Source of the DNA: Corynebacterium glutamicum ATCC 13032
GTDB lineage: Bacteria > Actinomycetota > Actinomycetes > Mycobacteriales > Mycobacteriaceae
Direction: 5' to 3'
Assembly: GCF_000011325.1 (NCBI RefSeq)
Contig: NC_003450.3
Coordinates: 2,160,001 to 2,192,000 of the forward strand
DNA length: 32,000 nt
Part shown: piece by piece, positions 25,348 to 32,000 of the stretch
Numbering within the stretch: the first letter of the stretch is position 1
How the letters are laid out: each line of letters opens with the position of its first letter
Translations under genes and position numbers: made by a program
The notes under the pieces: generated by a model
Seen by the model: only the letters and a program-made list of their open reading frames with translations
The model's database searches: none
What the model was told of the DNA's origin: nothing

Positions 25348-26208
25348 TTAGGATTCCTCGTCCCGAAAGCTCAACAGGGCGTCTATAAAAGATTTTTCTA
25401 CGTCAGCTAATGTGCGTCCTTCCTTCACCAACATCCATGCATCGCGTTGTGCCCAAGGTTCCTCGATGGGAAGTACATTCTTTGTCCGGATCCCTAATCT
25501 TCTCGTAGTTCCAAGCGGAAGAATTGCCGATCCTGCTCCAGTACTAGCAACCGCATAAACCGCACTTAACGTGGGCAAACGGACTCGGTAGTTGGGAGTG
25601 ATTCCATCTCTTCTAAGGTGCGCATCAATATAGGTTTGAAGTGGGATCCCAGCAGATAAACCAATCATTGGACCCTTTAGTGCTTCCACTGATGTCTTAG
25701 CTGACGTGCTGACAATCATCAAAGGATCTTCCCATAATAAGTGTGCTTCTAAACCTGTTCGAGACTCCAGCACTGACACCACCCCTAAATCAGCAGTGCC
25801 TTCTCGAACCCGTCGTGCAACCTCACTGCTTGACTCTTCTTCCAAATCAACGTTGAGCTCTGGATACTTATTAAGCGTTGCTGCCAGAAACTCTGTCAGT
25901 GAATCCACCGCGGAGGTATTACTCACCAATTTGATGTGCGTTTTTTGGTGCTGTTGGAAAGCACTAGTGAGCAGGTCGGCTTGCTCAAGAAGTCTCCGGC
26001 TTTGAATTAGGACTACTTCGCCAGCTTCAGTGGGAACCACTCCGCTACGTAGTCTCTGCAATAGGGACACACCATGTTTCTTCTCCAGAGCCGTGATCCT
26101 GGAGCTAGCTGCCGACAGTGAAAGCCCCACTGCCTGGGCACCTCCTGTAATCGACCTACAATCCACGGCAGCTACCAAAAGCTTAATGTCTCGCAGATCG
26201 ATGCTCAC
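25348..26208 (-). CDS. LysR-family transcriptional regulator.
   Basis: The N-terminal wHTH is LRDIKLLVAAVDCRSITGGAQAVGLSLSAASSRITALEKKHGVSLLQR. The C-terminal region resembles a substrate-binding domain. The start is GTG. The gene is divergent from the permease gene. Confidence 0.88.
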   Translation of the reverse strand: MSIDLRDIKLLVAAVDCRSITGGAQAVGLSLSAASSRITALEKKHGVSLLQRLRSGVVPTEAGEVVLIQSRRLLEQADLLTSAFQQHQKTHIKLVSNTSAVDSLTEFLAATLNKYPELNVDLEEESSSEVARRVREGTADLGVVSVLESRTGLEAHLLWEDPLMIVSTSAKTSVEALKGPMIGLSAGIPLQTYIDAHLRRDGITPNYRVRLPTLSAVYAVASTGAGSAILPLGTTRRLGIRTKNVLPIEEPWAQRDAWMLVKEGRTLADVEKSFIDALLSFRDEES

Positions 26209-26322
26209 CTAATGTTGCCTTTCGTAAATTCGAAGCGAGCTTCTAATTCTAGCAAGCTTGGTGATGGAGTATCCTGCCAAAATTTGTCCTGTTGCTTATT
26301 GTGCAGGAATTCGGAGGCGGAC
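26209..26322. promoter_or_regulatory. Divergent LysR / TauE-SafE intergenic control region with dyad symmetries.
   Basis: It contains GAAGC-GA-GCTTC (26232-26243) and the palindrome CAAGCTTG (26253-26260). GGAGG lies 5 nt upstream of the permease ATG at 26323. Confidence 0.35.
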
Positions 26323-27132
26323 ATGTCAATCGAGTGGTTACAAATTGTTGAATTAGGAGCGATCTTTGGTGCAGGTTTCCTCGCAGGAAGCATCAATGTA
26401 ATTGTCGGAGCAGGAACATTAGTGTCGTTTCCTATTCTCGTGTTCCTGGGCCTTCCACCGTTGACTGCCACCATCGCCAACACCATCGGCATCGTTCCTG
26501 GAAGTATTTCGGGTGTGGTTGCTTATAGACGTGAACTACACGCCCATGTAAAAACCATCAGATTTCTGCTGCCAGCATCAATCCTCGGAGGGATCACCGG
26601 CGCCTCGCTCTTGCTGCATTTCTCCGCAGATGTTTTTACAGCAGTAATTCCCTGGCTGATTGGATTCGGCACGCTGTTGGTTATCGCAGGTCCATCAATT
26701 AAGAAGCATGTTGGCGCTCATACTTCAGGTGGCATCTCTGCTGGGTTTAGGCAATTGCCTTTCCCGAGCCGAACCACCTTCATCGTCTCAGTATGTGGTG
26801 CCCTGTTGCTGGGCATGTATGGAGGGTACTTCAGCGCAGCTCAAGGCATTCTTCTCATCGCATTGCTTGGCATCACATCAACGCTGCAGATGCAGGAACT
26901 CAACGCCATCAAAAACCTCACAGTGGCGGCAGTTAATCTCATCGCAGCCAGTGTTTTTATAATCATCTCCCCTGAGTTGATCTCCTGGCCGACCGTTGCC
27001 TTAATCGCGCTTGGCTCAGCTTTAGGTGGATACATCGGCGGACGGTACGCCCGCCGACTTCGCCCCAGTGTTTTTAGAGCATTTGTGGTCATCGTCGGAA
27101 TCACCACGGTCATCGTTATGACGATCGGTTAA
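26323..27132 (+). CDS. TauE/SafE (DUF81) family anion/sulfite exporter-type permease.
   Basis: The sequence MSIEWLQIVELGAIFGAGFLAGSINVIVGAGTLVSFPILVFLGLPPLTA resembles the first half, and the second half repeats it in the way typical of DUF81. The product has 8 hydrophobic helices. The track ORF start at 26212 adds 37 non-protein-like residues. Confidence 0.75.
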   Translation: MSIEWLQIVELGAIFGAGFLAGSINVIVGAGTLVSFPILVFLGLPPLTATIANTIGIVPGSISGVVAYRRELHAHVKTIRFLLPASILGGITGASLLLHFSADVFTAVIPWLIGFGTLLVIAGPSIKKHVGAHTSGGISAGFRQLPFPSRTTFIVSVCGALLLGMYGGYFSAAQGILLIALLGITSTLQMQELNAIKNLTVAAVNLIAASVFIIISPELISWPTVALIALGSALGGYIGGRYARRLRPSVFRAFVVIVGITTVIVMTIG

Positions 27133-27229
27133 TGCAGCAGACTAGTAACCCCTCTAGTTGTGAAGGGAACTACCTCGATGCTGGCGGTTCCAACAAGCGT
27201 GATCAACGCAAGAACAACATCTAGAGCAA

Positions 27230-27679
27230 TTACTGCAGCAGCTCAAAAGAGGGCGTCTGAATCGCTTGAGTTTTCTTCGCCTGAGCATTCAAATTGCCAC
27301 TCCAACTTGGATATACCCGAAATCCCCGTTTACCGGGACGCTTAGTGGAACGAGTAATTCCCTGCTGTTCAAGCTGCTCTCGCGTGAATCGAAATACTCC
27401 GAAATTACTCTCATCTTGGACAAAAATCAGAAGGCCTGCGCAGGCCTCAGAGGAATCAAACGGGCAAATTTCGCCTTGTTCATTGCGCATCCAAAATGCA
27501 ACGAAGGCACCAGGTTTTGTCGGGGTGACTCGAGCGGTTCTGATATGCCAGGTCTCCGATCCTAAGAGAACAGTCCCCGCTTCATAATCGCTGTGCTGTT
27601 CTTCGCTGTGCGGTGTACCTGGCTTGCCATAGCGATTTGCAACGAGCCCAATAAACTGCTCAAATCCAGAAAAGCTCAT
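27230..27679 (-). CDS. MepB-family protein.
   Basis: The 149-aa product contains WHIRTARVTPTKPGAFVAFW and GKRGFRVYPSW...AKKTQ, which resemble the MepB family. Confidence 0.65.
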   Translation of the reverse strand: MSFSGFEQFIGLVANRYGKPGTPHSEEQHSDYEAGTVLLGSETWHIRTARVTPTKPGAFVAFWMRNEQGEICPFDSSEACAGLLIFVQDESNFGVFRFTREQLEQQGITRSTKRPGKRGFRVYPSWSGNLNAQAKKTQAIQTPSFELLQ

Positions 27680-27688
27680 ACTGCTCCC

Positions 27689-28306
27689 CTAATCGATGGC
27701 TTCCCCAGCAAGGGCTTTGGAGGCGAGGCGTTCTTCCTCACTGACTTCCCACACCTCGTGAGCGGCGTGCAGTGCGAGCAGAATGATGAAACAACCTAGG
27801 ATCAAATCTGGCCATCCAGACGTCGTCCATGCGGTAATTAAGGCCATCATGATGATGGCAATGTTGATCAGGACGTCATTTCGGGCGGATAGGAAGGCAG
27901 CTTGGCCAAGCGAGCCACCATGTTGTCGCACTCGAGAAATAATGATGGCACTCGCGCCGTTGATCACGACGGCGCCCAGAGAAGCGACGATGATCGGAAA
28001 CACTTCGGGCGCTTGCGGTGCGGAAAACCGTTGAATCGCTGCCCACGCAGCAAAAGCAGCAGGTGCAAGAATCACAATCGCCATAAGTTTGCCCATCACT
28101 GCGCGCCTCGCCAACGGCCATCCTAGGGCAATGAAAATGAGCAGGTTGATGGAGGTGTCTTCAAGAAAATCGACACTGTCAGCCAGTAGAGAAACGGAGC
28201 CTGCGCTTAATGCAATAAAGAATTCTACAAAGAAATAAGCGAAGTTAAGCAGCGCGACGGTGAGCACAGCTTTGCGCACTTTGGTTGCATCAAAAGCTTC
28301 GCTCAT
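27689..28306 (-). CDS. Cation diffusion facilitator-like cation efflux membrane protein (membrane domain only).
   Basis: The sequence is LLNFAYFFVEFFIALSAGSVSLLADSVDFLEDTSINLLIFIAL, and the product has 5-6 helices. It is only 205 aa and has no C-terminal cytoplasmic domain. Its start lies 3 nt after the mutM stop. Confidence 0.7.
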   Translation of the reverse strand: MSEAFDATKVRKAVLTVALLNFAYFFVEFFIALSAGSVSLLADSVDFLEDTSINLLIFIALGWPLARRAVMGKLMAIVILAPAAFAAWAAIQRFSAPQAPEVFPIIVASLGAVVINGASAIIISRVRQHGGSLGQAAFLSARNDVLINIAIIMMALITAWTTSGWPDLILGCFIILLALHAAHEVWEVSEEERLASKALAGEAID

Positions 28307-28309
28307 CAG

Positions 28310-29170
28310 CTAGCGCCGCTTCTGGCAGTTTGGGCAGTAGTGGGAGCCGCGGTTCATGAAACTCTCCCGGATGATTAATGTTCCGCAGCGTCCGCACGGC
28401 TCCCCGGTTTGCGCATAAGCATTCAATGACAGCGCAAAGTAGCCGGAGTTGCCATTGACGTTGACATAGAGCGCGTCGAAAGAGGTGCCACCTTGAGCAA
28501 GTGCTTTGGTCATCACGTCTTTGCCAGCTTGAAGAAGTTCTTCCAAGCGAGCTAGGGACAGTCGATCGGCACGTTGCAATGGGTGAATTTTTGCTTGCCA
28601 GAGCATTTCATCGGCATAGATATTTCCGATGCCGGAGACGATCTCTTGGTTAAGCAGGAGGCGTTTGATCTCCGATTTCCGAGATTTCAAATTCCGCGCA
28701 ATCGCAGAGAAATCAGCAGACTCATCCAATACATCTGTGGCAATGTGAGAGACGCGTTCGGGTACTCCATCAACTAGGTCGCCGAGCCACCAATAACCGA
28801 AGGTGCGTTGATCGACAAACCACACTTCATCGCCATTATCTAGCTCGACTTTGGCTCGAAGGTGTGGACTAATTGGTGCATCTGGTTCTTTGATGAGCAT
28901 TTGTCCACTCATCCCAAGGTGAACCAGTAGCCCTAAATCGGGACGGGTTTCGCCGGAGGGTGCGTCGATAAGCTCAAGCCAGAGGAATTTGCCGCGTCGC
29001 TTGGCAGCGCTGACCCTAAGCCCTGCGATGTTGGCCTCGATTTCGGGGCCACCGCCGAGTTGATTGCGGGCTGCGCGCGGGTGAAGCACTGTGGCGGACA
29101 CGATGGTGTGGCCGACCATATGATCTTCTAAACCGCGGCGCACCACCTCAACTTCAGGCAGTTCAGGCAC
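28310..29170 (-). CDS. mutM: Formamidopyrimidine-DNA glycosylase (Fpg/MutM).
   Basis: The N-terminus (V/M)PELPEVEVVRRGL contains the catalytic Pro2 and Glu3. The H2TH region and the C-terminal zinc finger CGRCGT...CPNCQ are present. The start at GTG 29170 overlaps the rnc stop by 8 nt. The track ORF start at 29260 lies inside rnc. Confidence 0.95.
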   Translation of the reverse strand: MPELPEVEVVRRGLEDHMVGHTIVSATVLHPRAARNQLGGGPEIEANIAGLRVSAAKRRGKFLWLELIDAPSGETRPDLGLLVHLGMSGQMLIKEPDAPISPHLRAKVELDNGDEVWFVDQRTFGYWWLGDLVDGVPERVSHIATDVLDESADFSAIARNLKSRKSEIKRLLLNQEIVSGIGNIYADEMLWQAKIHPLQRADRLSLARLEELLQAGKDVMTKALAQGGTSFDALYVNVNGNSGYFALSLNAYAQTGEPCGRCGTLIIRESFMNRGSHYCPNCQKRR

Positions 29171-29906
29171 GGGACTCCCGAAGCTTTCGGAATGCCTGGT
29201 GCGCTGCTTCCTGCTCGGCCAGCTTCTTGTTCGGGCCTTCTCCCCGACCCATTTCTTCACCTTCCAGCGTCACGATGGCGGTGAACACTAGATCGTGATC
29301 CGGACCGACTGAGGTGGCGGAATATTCAGCCATGGGGCGCTTGCGCTGAGCAAGTTCCTCCTGCAGCGTGGTCTTCCAGTCCTGGTGAATGCCCCTGGCC
29401 GATGCGTTATCGATCTTGTAGGCAAACAGGCGCAAAATTACGTCGCGGGCGGTTTCAAAACCGTGCTGGCGGAAAATCGCGCCGAACAACGCCTCTGTGG
29501 TGTCCGCAAGAATGGAATCCTTACTGCGACCTTCGGTGAGCAATTCGCCTTTGCCCAGCAAAATGTGGTTGCCAAGATCAATTTCGCGAGCGATATCTGC
29601 CAGGCCGTAACGGCTGACAATTGAAGCGCGCATCTTGGAGACATCAGATTCAGGGCTGCTGGGGTACTGCTCATAGAGCTTGTTGGCCACGGAGAGACCC
29701 AAGACGGCGTCGCCGAGGAACTCCAAGCGCTCATTATTGGGCAGCATGCCGTTTTCGTTGGCGAAAGAGCGGTGAGTCAACGCAAGCACCAACAGATCGC
29801 GCTGGATGTCCACACCAAGGTGGTCAAGCAGCGGCTGATGATCTACTGCATCGAATGCTTCATTGAGTGCGTCTACCCCGGTGAGGCGATTCTTTTTCCT
29901 GCTCAC
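29163..29906 (-). CDS. rnc: Ribonuclease III.
   Basis: It has the signature ERLEFLGDAVLGL, the sequence DSILADTTEALFGAIF and a C-terminal dsRBD. It is coupled by an ATGA overlap at 29903-29906. Confidence 0.97.
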   Translation of the reverse strand: MSRKKNRLTGVDALNEAFDAVDHQPLLDHLGVDIQRDLLVLALTHRSFANENGMLPNNERLEFLGDAVLGLSVANKLYEQYPSSPESDVSKMRASIVSRYGLADIAREIDLGNHILLGKGELLTEGRSKDSILADTTEALFGAIFRQHGFETARDVILRLFAYKIDNASARGIHQDWKTTLQEELAQRKRPMAEYSATSVGPDHDLVFTAIVTLEGEEMGRGEGPNKKLAEQEAAHQAFRKLRESRA

Positions 29907-30439
29907 AGGAACTTCTCCAAACCAGCCCAGCGCGGATCGACCTTTTCCTCGTCTTCTACTTCTTCAGAGACACCGTCAGGAGCTGGCGTTTCATCATCCT
30001 GGCATGCGCCGTACCCAAGTTCTTCGCAGACAGGGTTAAACGGCAAGGTCAGACCAGCTTCATCAATGACAGACTGAAGCAGATCAATCTGGTCTTGGTT
30101 AACCATTGGCAGCTCATCTTCGTCATCTGCTGCATCTTCACCAGTAACAAAGTCTGGATCGGCAGCAAAAACCTCAGAGACGTGCAGCGTCTTGGTTGGG
30201 GTGAGTTCGCGGAGGCAGCGGGAGCACTGTCCCAGAAGCTGCGCTTCGATATCTGCTTCGACGGCCAGGCCTCCACCGAGTGGAATGATCTGGGCTTCTA
30301 CGATAACTTTTCCGCCCTCGGGGATCGCGATCATTTCCGGACCAATGCGGGTCGGGCTTGGACCTGATTGGGTGAGGTGTTCCGGAAGGGCACTTCCACG
30401 AAGGAGTGCGGCGACATCAAAAATAAATGGAGATTTCAT
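29903..30439 (-). CDS. DUF177 / YceD-family protein.
   Basis: The 178-aa acidic protein contains CSRCLREL and a second acidic C-terminal region with a GYGAC motif. Its position upstream of rnc is conserved in actinobacteria. Confidence 0.75.
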   Translation of the reverse strand: MKSPFIFDVAALLRGSALPEHLTQSGPSPTRIGPEMIAIPEGGKVIVEAQIIPLGGGLAVEADIEAQLLGQCSRCLRELTPTKTLHVSEVFAADPDFVTGEDAADDEDELPMVNQDQIDLLQSVIDEAGLTLPFNPVCEELGYGACQDDETPAPDGVSEEVEDEEKVDPRWAGLEKFL

Positions 30440-30536
30440 GACCAGGAAGATCCTACTCGTACCTCATCGTGACTACATACATCAGATGAGGATCGCTAGA
30501 CGGAAAGGTGAAAAAGCCTAAATGGTTTCTTGGAAA

Positions 30537-31328
30537 CTAGTAGTCTCGATCGTCGCGTTCGTAGCCTCGTTCATAATCACGCTCGTAGTCCCGCTCATAT
30601 TCACCACGCGCTGCCGGTTGCTCATCGCGCAGCTCGCGGCCAGTAGCTCCAGCTCCTCGGCGTAGTGCGGAACGATCAGCAGTGACAGAACGCAACGTGG
30701 TGGACAGCGAGGTTTCAAACTCTGCCAACTTGGTATCCACGTAGTCATCGCATTCATTGCGCAGCTTGTTGGAGTCAGCGTGCGCTGCATCCACAATGCG
30801 GTGTGCTTCTTCCGTGGAGCGACGCACCACTTCTGCCTCGCTGACCAGGCGATCCTGCTCGGCCTGGCCTTCAGCAACCGCGCGGCGATACGCATCATTG
30901 CCGGAGTTGACCAGGCGCTCAGATTCAGCCTGGGCGCGCTCGGTGACGCTGTTTGCTTCTCGACGAGCGTCACTCACGATGCGATCCGCTGTGTCATTAG
31001 CCTTAGCAACGACAGAATGCGCATGCTTGGTGGCGTCTTCCACCATGGCATCTGACTCCTCAGTTGCGCGTGCAAGGAGGTTTCGGGCCTCGTTTTCTGC
31101 ATCGTCGACCAAGGCAATGGCCTTTTCTTCAGCTTCACGGATCACACCATCACGGTGGTCCAGCACATCTTGTGCATCATCAAGTTCTACAGGAAGCGCA
31201 TCACGTAAATCATCGAGAAGCGCAAGCACTTCCTGACGGGGAACCACGCAATTTCCGGTCATGGGAACGCCGTATGCGCGTTGAACGGCTTGAACTAAAT
31301 CATCCAGTGCTTCGAAGACCTTGTACAT
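30537..31328 (-). CDS. DivIVA-domain coiled-coil protein. By position and N-terminus it looks like mycobacterial SepIVA (Rv2927c).
   Basis: The N-terminus is MYKVFEALDDLVQAVQRAYGVPMTGNCVVPRQEVLALLDDLRDALPVELDDAQDVL. A long Ala/Glu/Arg coiled coil follows, then a C-terminal YERD repeat tail. The gene sits upstream of DUF177-rnc, as in mycobacteria. Confidence 0.65.
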   Translation of the reverse strand: MYKVFEALDDLVQAVQRAYGVPMTGNCVVPRQEVLALLDDLRDALPVELDDAQDVLDHRDGVIREAEEKAIALVDDAENEARNLLARATEESDAMVEDATKHAHSVVAKANDTADRIVSDARREANSVTERAQAESERLVNSGNDAYRRAVAEGQAEQDRLVSEAEVVRRSTEEAHRIVDAAHADSNKLRNECDDYVDTKLAEFETSLSTTLRSVTADRSALRRGAGATGRELRDEQPAARGEYERDYERDYERGYERDDRDY

Positions 31329-31542
31329 GGGGTTAATCGTACTGAAATCCTGTGAACCATGCGTATGGCGCGCCTAGGTCTCGGTGCGTATTTTCCGCAA
31401 AGCTCCACGTAGACGGTATTCGAAAACTTTTCCGATCAGCCCCGGGGGAAGGCCGTGTCGCATGCTCGGGCTAGCCTTGGATCTCAAGAAGAATTCGACT
31501 GGTTTAAAGTCTGGGCTTTAAGTGCAGAAAGGTTGTGGATTG

Positions 31543-32000
31543 ATGCGCTCCCTGCTTCGTGATATCCCTGCGGTGGGTTGGCTAATCACCGCGACGATTG
31601 TTGTGCGCACGCTCGTTGTTGCGCTGGTCATCGTTGGGATCGGCTTGCTTATCGACGTCCCCTCGCCCGCTCATTCAGCCATGTTGTGGTGGGTTCTGGC
31701 AGGTGCCACGGCAGCAGCTGCGCTGCTGTGCGCGGAAGCGGTGCTCCCCCAACGTATTCGTGCACGAGTTGAACGATCCTGGCGGCGGCAGTTGGCTGCT
31801 AAAAATCTGGAGCTGAATTCCAGTTCGTCAGATGATGCCCAGTTGATCACACTGGCAACTGAAGCCACCTCAAAAGCATCCACTTACACAGTGATGTTTC
31901 TGGGGCCTTACTTTGCAGTATTTTTGGCCCCACTGACAGTTATTGCCGTTGTCGGCGCGGCTATTTCCTGGCCGATTGCGGGGATACTGTGCCTCGGGTT
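31543..32000 (+). CDS. Polytopic membrane protein, N-terminal part (runs off the right edge). It may be the transmembrane domain of an ABC exporter.
   Basis: This is my own translation; the ORF track omits it because there is no stop in the window. It reads MRSLLRDIPAVGWLITATIVVRTLVVALVIVGIGLLIDVPSPAHSAMLWWVLAGATAAAALLCAEAVLPQRIRARVERSWRRQLAAKNLEL...TVMFLGPYFAVFLAPLTVIAVVGAAISWPIAGILCLG. GAAAGG lies 10 nt upstream. The family assignment is tentative. Confidence 0.45.
   Translation, partial: MRSLLRDIPAVGWLITATIVVRTLVVALVIVGIGLLIDVPSPAHSAMLWWVLAGATAAAALLCAEAVLPQRIRARVERSWRRQLAAKNLELNSSSSDDAQLITLATEATSKASTYTVMFLGPYFAVFLAPLTVIAVVGAAISWPIAGILCLG

Noticed and set aside
23402-28306. A classical genomic island or mobile element between acyP and mutM.
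   Set aside because: I saw no integrase, transposase, tRNA target, flanking direct repeats or terminal inverted repeats. Only the compositional dip and the synteny break support foreign origin, so I report it as a finding and not as a mobile_element feature.
30518-30973. A 151-aa minus-strand ORF overlapping the SepIVA-like gene in another frame.
   Set aside because: It is an alternative frame of a clearly coding coiled-coil gene, and its composition is not protein-like.
31578-31816. Two short + strand ORFs (64 and 72 aa) near the right edge.
   Set aside because: They are out of frame with the much better membrane-protein frame that starts at 31543 and stays open to the end of the window.

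Overview
This window reads as a core chromosomal region of an actinobacterium, most like Corynebacterium glutamicum. I infer that from gene order, the protein sequences and CTAT-N6-ATAG (AmtR-type) operators; no search was run. Almost everything is transcribed on the minus strand. From right to left the genes are: a SepIVA/DivIVA-like coiled-coil protein, DUF177/YceD, rnc, mutM (fpg), a short CDF-type cation transporter and a MepB-like protein. Next come a TauE/SafE permease (+) with a divergent LysR regulator, a 618-aa alpha/beta-hydrolase with a membrane segment, acyP, smc and an orphan protein of about 1124 aa. A 566-bp gap full of repeats and hairpins follows, then ftsY, amtB-glnK-glnD, ffh, an ABC-2 exporter pair and an ankyrin-repeat protein (+). 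The left part holds rpsP, a cupin (+), rimM, a DUF4232-like lipoprotein (+), trmD, a VTT/DedA-like membrane protein and a 131-aa hypothetical. It ends with a second repeat-laden gap and the 5' part of a fumarate-lyase-family gene, which has an in-frame stop just after its apparent start. By eye I saw no rRNA, tRNA, CRISPR array, transposase or integrase. Most of the window is housekeeping. Three things deserve a second look. (1) Two intergenic arrays of degenerate 72-82 bp hairpin units share sequence cores, and one hairpin pair shows compensatory base changes. (2) The orphan protein interrupts the smc-ftsY junction. (3) An AT-richer hydrolase/LysR insert lies between acyP and mutM. I cannot show from sequence alone that any of these is a defence system or otherwise novel; all functional calls rest on motif recognition without database searches.
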